Shown here one piece after another: positions 42,897-52,343 of a DNA stretch of 64,000 nt; position 1 is the first letter of the stretch; every line of letters starts with the position of its first letter. The stretch lies in NCBI GenBank assembly GCA_017656255.1, contig JACDOE010000010.1, positions 36,400 through 100,399 on the forward strand, in the 5' to 3' direction. Below the pieces are notes generated by a model that saw only the letters and a program-made list of their open reading frames with translations, was not told the origin of the DNA and ran no database searches. A program made the position numbers and the translations under genes. Source of the DNA: Bacillaceae bacterium (lineage in GTDB: Bacteria; Bacillota; Bacilli; JACDOE01).

Positions 42897-44843
42897 ATGA
42901 CATGTAATCATCTGTTTCAACCGATTCAAATTGGGGGAACAACTCTGCCCAACCGGGTGATGATGGGTTCGATGCATGTTGGACTTGAAGGTATTGATGA
43001 AGACGGTGAAGCCCTGATCGCATTTTACAGGGAAAGAGCTGGCACGGACGGCCCGTCCCTGATCGTCACCGGGGGTATCGCCGTGTCTCCGGAGGGCGAA
43101 GGAGGCGGCCATTTTCATGGATTTTACCGGGAAAAAGACTGCCGATTTATGCAGCGGATGAACGATGAAATCCACAGGGCCGGCGGACGCATGGCCGCTC
43201 AATTGTTTCATGCCGGCCGCTATGCCCATGCTTTTGCAGGAAAAGGGACCGTTGCCCCGTCAGCCATCCAGTCACCGATTACCCGCTTTCCACCCCGTGC
43301 CCTTACGTCCGGAGAAATTGAAGCCCTGATCGAAAAATACGCCGCCAGTGCAGCAAAAGCAAAGGAAGTCGGATTTGATGCGATTGAAATTATGGGCTCA
43401 GAAGGATATCTGATCAATCAATTTCTGTCTCCGGTCACCAACCAGCGGGACGATGAATGGGGCGGCGATTTTGAGCGAAGAACCCGCTTTCCCCTGGCGA
43501 TCATCAAAGCGATCCGCCGCGAGGTGGGCAAAGATTGTCCCGTCATTTTCAGGCTTTCCGGTGCTGATCTGGTCCCGGACAGCACGACGGAAGACGAAAC
43601 GCTCCGGTTTGCCCGAATGGTACAGGAAGCCGGTGTGGACCTGATCAATGTCGGCATCGGCTGGCATGAGTCCCGGGTTCCGACCATTTCCATGATGGTG
43701 CCCCGTGCCGGATTTGCTCCTATCGCCCGGAAAATCAAAGAAGCCGTTGAGATTCCAGTGGTGGGCAGCAATCGTATCAACGACCCGCTGCTGGCAGACA
43801 GACTGATTGAACAGGGTGATTGTGACATGGTTTCCATGGCCCGCCCCTTCCTGGCTGATCCAGATCTACTGCGGAAGGCACGCAGGGAGGAATATGACCG
43901 AATCAACACCTGCATCGCCTGTAACCAGGCTTGTCTCGATCATATCTTCGAAGGAAAACCGGCTTCATGCCTGGTCAATCCGCGGGCGGGACGGGAGTGG
44001 AAGTGGCCTCTATCTGCAACGGATAACCGGAAGACTGTCGTGGTGATCGGCGGAGGCGCCGCCGGTATGGAAGCCGCTCGTTCCCAGGCCGAAATCGGCA
44101 ACCGGGTGATCCTTTATGAAAAAAGTGACCGGCTCGGTGGACAGCTCAATCTGGCCACCCGAATTCCAGGGAAAGAAGAATTTAACGAAACACTCCGTTT
44201 CTACAGGCATGAGCTGGATCGATTAGAGGTGGACATCCGGTTCAACCACACCCCTTCCGCTGCAGAAATTATGGAAGACAAACCGGATCTGGTGGTCATC
44301 TCGACCGGTGTCCGTCCCCGCGTTCCATCTATTCCGGGTGTTGATCTTCCTCATGTGATGTCGTATCCCGAAGCTCTTCGGGAGCCTGAGCGGATCGGCA
44401 AACAGGTAGCGATTATCGGAGCCGGCGGCATCGGATGTGATCTCGCTCATTTTTTGACGGAACAGGGAGATCATCAGGTGGTGCTGATGAGAAGGAAAGG
44501 AAAAATGGGTGAAAATCTGGGGAAAACAACCCGCTGGGCGTTAATATCCCACCTGTATCAGCAGGGAGTTCGTTTTTTAAATAACCTGCGGTATGAAAAG
44601 ATTGAAAAAGACGGCGTTCTCATTACCCTTTTTGGAGAAGAAGGTGCCGAACAGAAAAAGATCCCGGCCGATACCGTCATTCTGGCGGCCGGACAGGAAT
44701 CAGTTCTATTCGATCAAGAACGTCTGAAACAGGCAGGGATCCCTGTCGTCACGGTGGGTGGTGCCCGGGAAGCGGGCGAACTGGATGCCAAACGGGCCAT
44801 TTATGACGGCGCCCGACTTGCCTATTCCACGACGACCGTTTAA
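42897..44843 (+). CDS. NADPH-dependent 2,4-dienoyl-CoA reductase-like flavoenzyme (OYE-type FMN domain + FAD/NAD(P) domain)
   Basis: The N-terminus has 'LPNRVMMGSMH...QLFHAGRY' (OYE family). The C-terminus has the 'VVVIGGGAAGMEAA' and 'VAIIGAGGIGCD' dinucleotide folds. The ATG at 42897 follows AGGAGGA. Confidence 0.8.
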   Translation: MTCNHLFQPIQIGGTTLPNRVMMGSMHVGLEGIDEDGEALIAFYRERAGTDGPSLIVTGGIAVSPEGEGGGHFHGFYREKDCRFMQRMNDEIHRAGGRMAAQLFHAGRYAHAFAGKGTVAPSAIQSPITRFPPRALTSGEIEALIEKYAASAAKAKEVGFDAIEIMGSEGYLINQFLSPVTNQRDDEWGGDFERRTRFPLAIIKAIRREVGKDCPVIFRLSGADLVPDSTTEDETLRFARMVQEAGVDLINVGIGWHESRVPTISMMVPRAGFAPIARKIKEAVEIPVVGSNRINDPLLADRLIEQGDCDMVSMARPFLADPDLLRKARREEYDRINTCIACNQACLDHIFEGKPASCLVNPRAGREWKWPLSATDNRKTVVVIGGGAAGMEAARSQAEIGNRVILYEKSDRLGGQLNLATRIPGKEEFNETLRFYRHELDRLEVDIRFNHTPSAAEIMEDKPDLVVISTGVRPRVPSIPGVDLPHVMSYPEALREPERIGKQVAIIGAGGIGCDLAHFLTEQGDHQVVLMRRKGKMGENLGKTTRWALISHLYQQGVRFLNNLRYEKIEKDGVLITLFGEEGAEQKKIPADTVILAAGQESVLFDQERLKQAGIPVVTVGGAREAGELDAKRAIYDGARLAYSTTTV

Positions 44844-44873
44844 CGAATCTTTCATAATATCGATTCAAAAGAA

Positions 44874-44910
44874 ATGATCCCGTCCGGAAATGGGGACGGG
44901 ATCATTTTTA
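44874..44910. terminator. bidirectional terminator between the reductase gene and motB
   Basis: 'ATGATCCCGTCCggaaatgGGGACGGGATCATtttt'. Confidence 0.7.
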
Positions 44911-45699
44911 CTATTTCTGAAGGGGGCGCAGGACCGGTTGTTCCTTATCGGCATTACTCACAAATTTGTAGATTGAGATTTCAACACGGCGATTCAGCGC
45001 TCTTCCCTCTTTCGTTTCATTGGTTGCAATCGGACGGAATTCCCCGTAGCCTTCTGCATGAAACCGGCCGGGATTTAACTGATCATTTTGCAACAGGATT
45101 TTCATAAAATTGAGTGCCCGTTCGGTGCTGAGATCCCAGTTGGATTCAAACTGAGCAGTACGAATGGGACGATTGTCCGTATGACCGGCCACCACCACTT
45201 CATAGCCCGGATATTCAACCAGCATTTCCGAAAGGGCGACGCCGAGTTGTCTGGCTCCGGGATTGACCTCGGCACTTCCCGAGTCAAACAGGGCATGGTC
45301 GCGAATGGTGATCATCAGCAGGTTTTTGTTCAGGCTCGTTTCAATTTCCGATTCCAGATGATTCTCTTGAATGTAGCGATCAACCCTTTTTTTCAATTCT
45401 TCCAGATTTTTTAATTCCGCCCCGATGTTTTTATCCGTATCGGAACCCCGGTGTTCCGTCGACTCCGTCGGTTGATCCACTTCAAGCGGAAAGGCACTGG
45501 TATACTCCAAAATGCCTGAACCACTATGGAAGGCAGAATTCATGGCCAGTATCAACCGGTCATATTTCTTCTGATCAATGTTACTGACAGCAAAGAGAAC
45601 AATGAACAGAGCCAGCAGCAGGGTCAGCAGATCGGCATATGGAATAAGCCAGGTTTCATCAATATGCTCTTCCTCATGCTGTTTGCGCTTCTTCGGCAT
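44911..45699 (-). CDS. motB: flagellar motor stator protein MotB (OmpA-like C-terminal domain)
   Basis: Contains the N-terminal 'WLIPYADLLTLLLALFIVLFA' with the conserved Asp, and the C-terminal 'VVAGHTDNRPI...FESNWDLSTERA...NRRVEI'. Confidence 0.88.
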   Translation of the reverse strand: MPKKRKQHEEEHIDETWLIPYADLLTLLLALFIVLFAVSNIDQKKYDRLILAMNSAFHSGSGILEYTSAFPLEVDQPTESTEHRGSDTDKNIGAELKNLEELKKRVDRYIQENHLESEIETSLNKNLLMITIRDHALFDSGSAEVNPGARQLGVALSEMLVEYPGYEVVVAGHTDNRPIRTAQFESNWDLSTERALNFMKILLQNDQLNPGRFHAEGYGEFRPIATNETKEGRALNRRVEISIYKFVSNADKEQPVLRPLQK

Positions 45700-46498
45700 T
45701 TGCCGGATCCTCCTGTTGAGTGCCTGTATCCTCCTGCACCTGTTTCAATTCGGAGCTAGAAACAAATACAGACAATTTTTGTTCAATATTCGTTGGCGAC
45801 ATCCCCAGTTGGATGGACAACAATCCTTCCACCATCAACAGTTTGGTTTCAACTTCCTGTCTGGACAAACGTTTAAGTTTGTTGGCAATGGGATGCCACA
45901 GGACATATCCGGTAAAAATACCGAGGAGCGTTGCGACAAACGCGGCAGCAATCGAATGCCCGAGGACTTCAATGTCATCCAGATTTCCCAGGGCAGCAAT
46001 CAGGCCGACAACAGCCCCAAGTACCCCCAGTGTCGGTGCATATGTACCAGCCTGTGTAAAAATCAGGGCTCCAGCTTTATGTCTCTCTTCGATGGCTTCG
46101 ATCTTTTCCAGCAACACATCGCGGACAAAGTCGTTTTCACTTCCGTCAATAATCATCATCAGCCCGTCTTTTAAAAAGGGATCGTCCAGATCTTCCACTT
46201 TGTTTTCCAGGGATAAAAGGCCTTCGCGTCTGGCATGTCCGGCCAGGTCGACAAATAATTTGATCAATTCCGGTTTGGAGGGAATATCCGGTTTCTTAAA
46301 CACAATTTTGATCAATTTGGGGAATTTTTTTAATTCTTCCAGCGGAAAACCGATAAACAGAGAAGCAGCTGTTCCGACGATAATAATTAAAAATGCAGCC
46401 GGGTTAATCAGTGCGGCGAGGGAGGCGCCTTTTAACACCATTCCCAGTCCCACTGCAATAAGTCCCAGTGTAATCCCGATCCATGTTGATCTTTCCAT
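45674..46498 (-). CDS. motA: flagellar motor stator protein MotA (MotA/TolQ/ExbB channel family)
   Basis: Four TM helices with 'GTYAPTLGVLGAVVGLI' and 'AAAFVATLLGIFTGYVLWHPIANKL'. The ATG at 46498 follows AAGGGAG. It overlaps motB. Confidence 0.88.
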   Translation of the reverse strand: MERSTWIGITLGLIAVGLGMVLKGASLAALINPAAFLIIIVGTAASLFIGFPLEELKKFPKLIKIVFKKPDIPSKPELIKLFVDLAGHARREGLLSLENKVEDLDDPFLKDGLMMIIDGSENDFVRDVLLEKIEAIEERHKAGALIFTQAGTYAPTLGVLGAVVGLIAALGNLDDIEVLGHSIAAAFVATLLGIFTGYVLWHPIANKLKRLSRQEVETKLLMVEGLLSIQLGMSPTNIEQKLSVFVSSSELKQVQEDTGTQQEDPANAEEAQTA

Positions 46499-46880
46499 GA
46501 TTGCCACTCCCTTTCGGTCCATGGTCCTTGTTGCGTTCTACATGTTTCGATTTATTTTTTAAGATTATATCATTAATTGGTCAAAACTACCAAGTTTTTT
46601 TACATATCATGACACTGCATTTAATTTTATGTAATAAATTGTCGTATAGATAAATGTTATCCATTTATAGAAAAAGGTCACCGGGGTTCAATGGTTGTCG
46701 TGGAAGGCAGAGTTCGACCGAAGGAGTGTCTCCGAATTAAAAGGGGGACCCGTCCTGGAGAATTTCTCTGTTATACGCCGATTTAGACTCGAATATGAGG
46801 CGACGGGTTGAGAGCTGATCTTCCGTTTTCCGGAACACCTGACGACTGTTTCTGTCACATCTTCACCCATCCCCTGTAAA

Positions 46881-46918
46881 AAAAAGCTGTTTCACACAGG
46901 AATGTGAAACAGCTTTTC
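46881..46918 (-). terminator. terminator of the small zinc-ribbon gene
   Basis: The minus strand reads 'AAGCTGTTTCACAttcctgTGTGAAACAGCTTTTTTTT'. Confidence 0.75.
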
Positions 46919-46984
46919 ACATGGATTCGACAGGGTCTATCTTACGGGGTTTCGGACCACTCATCAGACAGGAACGGCCGCCAT

Positions 46985-47116
46985 TTACTCCTGATGTGTA
47001 TTCATACACCGGCAGCATTCATACATCACACCATCACGCTGATCCAACAGTTCGACTCCGCACTCGACACAGGTTCCTTTCGTCCTCCGGTTCTGCTCAC
47101 GATTGTTTTTCATCAT
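46985..47116 (-). CDS. 43-aa zinc-ribbon protein (YhfH-like size class), absent from the supplied ORF track
   Basis: 'TAAGGAGGAaaaacATG' precedes 'MMKNNREQNRRTKGTCVECGVELLDQRDGVMYECCRCMNTHQE'. Two CxxC pairs are present and a strong terminator follows. Confidence 0.6.
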   Translation of the reverse strand: MMKNNREQNRRTKGTCVECGVELLDQRDGVMYECCRCMNTHQE

Positions 47117-47312
47117 GTTTTTCCTCCTTAATCGTTTTTTAATCCGTTTATCTTTGTTAATGGTATTGTACTATAACAGTTTTTATAAGTCAACAACTGT
47201 TTTAAAACAATTCACCCATTTTATGATTACCACTATTTGGTTGATGAATCGAGGCCCTATCAATTTTAAAATGGAATCGGTAGGATATGAATAAATACTG
47301 GGAGGGAAACAA

Positions 47313-48353
47313 ATGCGCGTCTGGCATAAAATCAAATGGAAAAAATGGATGTTGACCGGTTTCACCGCCACGATGATAGCAGGAACGGGGCTTCTAACCG
47401 GTGAGGCCAGTGTCCATGCAGCAGCCGACACCGCCATACACACGGTACAACCGGGAGACAGCCTGTATAAAATTGCACAGAAGTACAACATTACCGTTGA
47501 ACAAATCATGACATGGAATCAATTGCAAACTACCTGGATCTATCCTCAGGATCAACTAATTGTATCACCTGTTCGTACATATCAGGTCAAAGCGGGAGAT
47601 TTCCTCTGGAAAATCGCTAAGGAACAGGGAACAACGGTAGAAACCATTCAAAACCTCAATCATTTGACCTCCAGTTTGATCTATCCGGGGCAAACGCTTC
47701 GTATCCCGGAATCATCAGCAAAATCCAGTGTCTCCGATTCCCCGCAACCGGAACAATCACGGGTCGAATACAAAACCCATACCGTCCAACAGGGGGAAAC
47801 CGGCTGGACCATTGCACTGAAATACGGAATCCCGTTCCAGGAATTTCTCGACCTGAACAATCTGAAGGAATCTTCCATTTTGATGCCGGGAGATCAGGTA
47901 ACGGTCGCCATCCATCACATTGCCGTCAAACCGACACTGGGCCCCCGTTTCGGAGAATATCTGGACTGGTGGAGTGAAGCTCAGTATGTATGGCCGATCG
48001 GAACTGTGGCAAAGGTGACAGATTTTGAGACAGGAGCAAGCTGGAAAATGAAACGAACCATCGGCGCTTTTCATGCGGATGTTGAGCCGCTTACAGCACA
48101 GGATACAGCGACCATGAAGAAAGTGTGGGGGGGAACATGGAGTTGGGAGAGACGCCCTGTACTGGTAGAAGTAAACGGACACCGCATTGCGGCGTCAGCC
48201 AGTGCCATGCCGCACAGCGTCCAGTACATTCAGGATAACCAGTTCCCGGGGCATACGGATATTCATTTTGCCGGAAGCCGGCGTCATAAAGATAACCGGA
48301 TCGACCCCGAACATCAGAAAAATGTGCGGATTGCCGCCGGTCAGGATCAATAA
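47313..48353 (+). CDS. secreted LysM-repeat peptidoglycan-binding protein
   Basis: Signal peptide plus three LysM repeats ('HTVQPGDSLYKIAQKYNITVEQIMTWN', 'YQVKAGDFLWKIAKEQGTTVETIQNLN', 'HTVQQGETGWTIALKYGIPFQEFLDLN'). The C-terminal domain was not identified. Confidence 0.8.
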   Translation: MRVWHKIKWKKWMLTGFTATMIAGTGLLTGEASVHAAADTAIHTVQPGDSLYKIAQKYNITVEQIMTWNQLQTTWIYPQDQLIVSPVRTYQVKAGDFLWKIAKEQGTTVETIQNLNHLTSSLIYPGQTLRIPESSAKSSVSDSPQPEQSRVEYKTHTVQQGETGWTIALKYGIPFQEFLDLNNLKESSILMPGDQVTVAIHHIAVKPTLGPRFGEYLDWWSEAQYVWPIGTVAKVTDFETGASWKMKRTIGAFHADVEPLTAQDTATMKKVWGGTWSWERRPVLVEVNGHRIAASASAMPHSVQYIQDNQFPGHTDIHFAGSRRHKDNRIDPEHQKNVRIAAGQDQ

Positions 48354-48384
48354 TTGAATGTTTAATGGTTCATAATACAAAAAA

Positions 48385-48418
48385 TGTTACAAACATACCG
48401 ACGGGTATGGGTGTAACA
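48385..48418. repeat. REP-like palindromic intergenic element, copy 3 (inverted orientation); probable bidirectional terminator
   Basis: 'tgttacaaacataccgacgggtatgggtgtaaca', flanked by an A-run and a T-run between convergent genes. Confidence 0.6.
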
Positions 48419-48423
48419 TTTTT

Positions 48424-49548
48424 TTATAGATTTACTGTTTTGGCATCGCTGTAAATGATTCGGTTGCGACCGGCCTTTTTGGCTGCATACATGGCCTGGT
48501 CCGTCCGGTTGATCATTTGATCCGCACTTTCAGCAGTTCCGGGTACCACCGTGGTAACGCCGATACTGACGGTCACCCGTGAAGACGTATCTGAATGCGG
48601 GTGTTTAATGTCCAGAGACTCAATGTCACGACGGATATTTTCCGCTATGTGGAGCGCATTGTCCTTGTCTGTATCAGGGAGGATCATCATAAATTCTTCT
48701 CCACCGTAGCGCGCCGCCAGGTCTCCCGGTCGCGTCGCCGCATCAACCAGTACCCGTGCCACCTCTTTCAAACAGGCATCCCCGGCCTGGTGACCGTAAA
48801 CATCATTGTAGTTCTTAAACCGATCGATATCGAGCATCAGTAAAGAGAGTGGATTTTTCTCACGAATCGCCCTGTTCCATTGCTTTCTCAGGGTCTTTTC
48901 AAACTGTCTCCGGTTTGGGATACCGGTGAGGCCGTCCACCATGGAAAGACGCCGCAGCGAATCTTCTCTTTTTTTACTCTCTGTGATATCGCGGGACACT
49001 CCCAAAAGGTGCGTACAGTTCCCTGTTTCATCAAGCATGGGAATCAGGGATGTTTCTACAATCAGCGTTCCCACCGGAAGCTGAACGTCCTCTTCATATT
49101 TTAAGGTATCCCGTTGTTGAACCGCTTCTTTATATTTACCGATGACAAAATCGGCTTCACGTGGTGGAAGGATGTGTTCAATACGATTTCCCACGACGTC
49201 CTCCCTTTTCATTCCCGTTGCCTGCAGATAAGCGTCGTTCACCTCGACACATCGAAAGACTTGTCCCGGTTCCACCCTCATTAAAAACATCAAATCGGAT
49301 ACCCCGTTAAAAATGAGGGAAAGCCTTCTTTTTTCATGCATTTCCCGGGCAAGAAAACGAACACCAAACAGATAGACAAAAGGTAAGCTGATCAGTGATA
49401 AAAGCACAGCATCAACCAAGTGCTCCCAGCGATTCGGAAGGGTTAGCCTTTCCAGAAATATCATGATGAAATATTCAATGATTCCGATGATGACCAGATT
49501 CAGCAGAAACAGATAAACCAGGGTTCCGGTCTTTTTATTAGGCAACAT
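48424..49548 (-). CDS. membrane-anchored PAS-GGDEF diguanylate cyclase
   Basis: Two N-terminal TM helices, a PAS-like region, and a GGDEF domain ('DRFKNYNDVYGHQAGD', 'ARYGGEEFMMIL'). Confidence 0.85.
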   Translation of the reverse strand: MLPNKKTGTLVYLFLLNLVIIGIIEYFIMIFLERLTLPNRWEHLVDAVLLSLISLPFVYLFGVRFLAREMHEKRRLSLIFNGVSDLMFLMRVEPGQVFRCVEVNDAYLQATGMKREDVVGNRIEHILPPREADFVIGKYKEAVQQRDTLKYEEDVQLPVGTLIVETSLIPMLDETGNCTHLLGVSRDITESKKREDSLRRLSMVDGLTGIPNRRQFEKTLRKQWNRAIREKNPLSLLMLDIDRFKNYNDVYGHQAGDACLKEVARVLVDAATRPGDLAARYGGEEFMMILPDTDKDNALHIAENIRRDIESLDIKHPHSDTSSRVTVSIGVTTVVPGTAESADQMINRTDQAMYAAKKAGRNRIIYSDAKTVNL

Positions 49549-49690
49549 CCTCACGCCTTTCACTGTAAACGATAGCTTATCTTAAGTATACACGGGTTCA
49601 GACTGGAAAGAAATATAAAAATGGCAAGTTTCGACTTTTTTCTTGAAACTGTTTCCAGCTTAACAGAGGTCGGAGGTTAGAGGCCGGAAG

Positions 49691-50428
49691 TCAGATTATG
49701 GGGGCATTCAGCAGGATTTTACTGAACAAATCCATTTTGTTCCCTTTTATTCCGAAGGGATACCCATTTCCATCCTCTCTTTCATGGTGTTGAAGGGCAA
49801 CCAGCGCCAGGCGGCGTGAAGCACCTACCGTATTTTGAATTAATTCATAGCCGTAAATGGTATGTTTTTGTATAATTTCATACTCTTGATCTGTGAGTTT
49901 ACCCGGTTTGTTCAGAATCTCGACAGGGATTCTGGTTTTGCCGATATCGTGGAGTGTAGCAGCGAGGGATAGAAGTGAAAGCTGAGAAGATTCAAGGTTC
50001 ATCCAGTTACCGATCATTGTCGCGATGATTCCCACTCCGATATTATGCCGGAATGTATAATCATCTTTGGACTGCAGTTCAGCAAACAATTGAAAAATGT
50101 CCGGATCTTCCGTGGCCTGATGAATGGCAGGAATGATTTTTTCTCTGATTTCAAAAAGAGGGATTTTTTTGCTGAACCTGACCGATTCGAATATGTGCGT
50201 GATCTCCTCAGTCGCCTGTTCGATCAGCACCTGACTTGCCTTTTTCTCCGGTGATTCCTCCGTCAACACAACATCGTCTTCCGTCAACCGAACGTTGTTT
50301 TCTACCATAATCATCCGGAGATAATGTTCATTGAGAACCGTGTCTTTTGGTAACAACAGAATTCCGGAAGCGTTAAAGATATCTCGCCTCAACCGTAAAC
50401 CGATCCATTTTTTAAAAGATGATGCCAT
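49691..50428 (-). CDS. HD-GYP domain protein (c-di-GMP phosphodiesterase family), C-terminally short
   Basis: Contains 'ATLHDIGKTRIP' and 'HHEREDGNGYP'. The ORF ends only about 25 aa after the GYP motif. Confidence 0.7.
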   Translation of the reverse strand: MASSFKKWIGLRLRRDIFNASGILLLPKDTVLNEHYLRMIMVENNVRLTEDDVVLTEESPEKKASQVLIEQATEEITHIFESVRFSKKIPLFEIREKIIPAIHQATEDPDIFQLFAELQSKDDYTFRHNIGVGIIATMIGNWMNLESSQLSLLSLAATLHDIGKTRIPVEILNKPGKLTDQEYEIIQKHTIYGYELIQNTVGASRRLALVALQHHEREDGNGYPFGIKGNKMDLFSKILLNAPII

Positions 50429-50624
50429 GCATTCCCCTTCCTTTGACAAATGGATTCATTTTTTGAATGCGCCGTATACCAGATGATGCTAGTTAATGTT
50501 AGATTATGTATGATATTCTTCATAAAAGTAAAATCTCCTTTTTTACAAATGGTTTATTTCTTCCTAAAGCCATAAAAAAAAGGCGGAATAAACGCCGCCT
50601 TTCATGTTATCCATTAAGTTATAC

Positions 50625-51797
50625 TCAGGATTTAACCGTTTTTTTCTGCGGGGTATCCGGTAATTCATCCACGGACACCACTTGATCGGTTTTCTTCTTC
50701 GGTTTATTCCAGTACTTTTCGTTTCCGGGCAGATCATCAAACCAGGCCGCATCTTTCGGGCAATCCAGTACCATGAACTTGCCGTAATGGCCATCGCGGG
50801 ACTGGTGATACTTGAGGTAGGCCTTTCCGTTTTCGATAGCCAGAATTTCGATCTTACCAGACGTATGACTCATGGACAGGCGTACCCGCTTACCAAGACC
50901 GGATGTTTTCGCTTTCGCCTGTTCCACAATGTTGTACACTTCTTCAAGAGTCAACACGAAGTCGCGGTTTCCGGCCACCGGACGGTTGACGAAGAAGTAA
51001 TACGGGGTGACGCCGGCCCAGGACAGTTTATCCAGCAGTTCACCCAGAACTTCCGGGTCATCATTAATCCCTTTGAGAACCGGTGTCTGGTTGACGACAA
51101 TTGCACCGGCATCATGCAGGGCGTCGATTGCTTTCTTGGCCTGTTCCGTAATTTCACGCGGATGGTTGATGTGAGCCATGACGTAAATCCGTTTGTCCGG
51201 GGAGGAATGCTCACGGATCAATTCAAGCAACTCCTGGTCTTCATAAATACGCATCGGATTAAAGACCGGCAGTTTGGATCCGAAACGGATAATCTTCACG
51301 TGATCGATGGCACGCAATCTTTCCACGATCATCCGCAGTTTCTTCGTAGCCAGAATAAGTGAATCTCCACCAGTCAGGAGAACGTTGTTAATCTCGGGAT
51401 GTTCACTGATATATTTCAAACCGGGTTCAACGTCGGACATCGCTTCTTTAACGTCATTTCTGAACAAACGCTTGCGGAAACAATAACGGCAGTAAGCACC
51501 GCATACTTCTGAAACGATTAATAGAGCCGTGGTTTCATATTTGTGCTGGCAGCCCGGCACCACATAATTGGTGGCTTCATCGGAAGCATCCCAGCGTCCG
51601 TATTCCATTAACTCTCCTTCATTGGGGATGACCAGCTTTCGAATCGGGTCATTGGGGTCATTCCAGTCAATCAGGCTGAGATAATAGTCATTTACGCGAA
51701 ACACATATTTTTCAGTGATTTGCTTCAGCTTCTTCCGCTCTTCCTCCGGAATCTGCTCAATCTTGTCAATGTCCGTAATATACTTCGGCATTGCCAT
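50625..51797 (-). CDS. KamA-family radical SAM aminomutase (lysine 2,3-aminomutase-like)
   Basis: Contains 'CGAYCRYCFRK', 'LLTGGDSL' and a KamA-type N-terminus 'EERKKLKQITEKYVFRVNDYYLSLIDWNDPNDPIRK'. Confidence 0.8.
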   Translation of the reverse strand: MAMPKYITDIDKIEQIPEEERKKLKQITEKYVFRVNDYYLSLIDWNDPNDPIRKLVIPNEGELMEYGRWDASDEATNYVVPGCQHKYETTALLIVSEVCGAYCRYCFRKRLFRNDVKEAMSDVEPGLKYISEHPEINNVLLTGGDSLILATKKLRMIVERLRAIDHVKIIRFGSKLPVFNPMRIYEDQELLELIREHSSPDKRIYVMAHINHPREITEQAKKAIDALHDAGAIVVNQTPVLKGINDDPEVLGELLDKLSWAGVTPYYFFVNRPVAGNRDFVLTLEEVYNIVEQAKAKTSGLGKRVRLSMSHTSGKIEILAIENGKAYLKYHQSRDGHYGKFMVLDCPKDAAWFDDLPGNEKYWNKPKKKTDQVVSVDELPDTPQKKTVKS

Positions 51798-52126
51798 CGC
51801 GTATCACCCTCCCATTAAGATTATTGAAAACACGCCTGAAAAAACTTGTCTTATAACAAGCAAGCCTCCGGCGCATTTGTACGGCTCAGCTGCCTCTTAA
51901 GCTTAACAGGATTAAAGAATTCATTCCTGTCCGCCAAAAAAAAGAGAGCAACTATATTATAACAGGAGGGGTGTCAAACGGTCAAAAATGAAATAAAATT
52001 TCAATTATAATTCTATTGACGAAAAAAATCAATCATTTTTGAAGGAAAAGATTCATTTTTTAAGAATGAAAGAATTCTTTTATCATTTTGTCCCAATATG
52101 ACAGGCCTGTTTCATGGGAGACCCAC

Positions 52127-52267
52127 TCAGGTTGATGGACGATTGGGACCATCCAGTTTTTTATTGCCGTAACCCGGTGCTTTTTCCTTCGTCACTTCCG
52201 GTTGTTCCGTATGTTCTTCCACTCTTTTCTCGACATTGCTGCTCGTCCGCTTCGGGTCCTGTTTCAT
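52127..52267 (-). CDS. small charged protein (46 aa), hypothetical
   Basis: 'MKQDPKRTSSNVEKRVEEHTEQPEVTKEKAPGYGNKKLDGPNRPST'. GGAAAGGAGG lies upstream. No family recognised. Confidence 0.4.
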   Translation of the reverse strand: MKQDPKRTSSNVEKRVEEHTEQPEVTKEKAPGYGNKKLDGPNRPST

Positions 52268-52343
52268 TTTGACAGAAACCTCCTTTCCGTTGTAGTATGT
52301 GCAAAAATAACGAAAATCAGAAGGACGTTTTGAGAGGGTGATC

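Noticed and set aside
46680-46880. Identifying the structured block upstream of motA as 6S RNA, SRP RNA, a c-di-AMP (ydaO) riboswitch or a c-di-GMP-II riboswitch
   Set aside because: Partial resemblances exist ('GGGGGACCC' on the plus strand, 'UCAGCUCUCAACCCGUCG' on the minus strand, complementary ends). However, they lie on opposite strands or in the wrong order relative to the consensus sequences I remember. No assignment is made.
51798-52126. Possible riboswitch or attenuator in the 330-nt region upstream of the KamA-like gene (hairpin ACAGGA...TCCTGT and the terminator-like 'CTTGTtataagACAAGtttttt' at about 51838-51860)
   Set aside because: The terminator can equally be the terminator of the upstream small gene (52127-52267). 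No known riboswitch consensus is recognisable, and the candidate TTGACA/TATAGT promoter has a poor 15-nt spacing.
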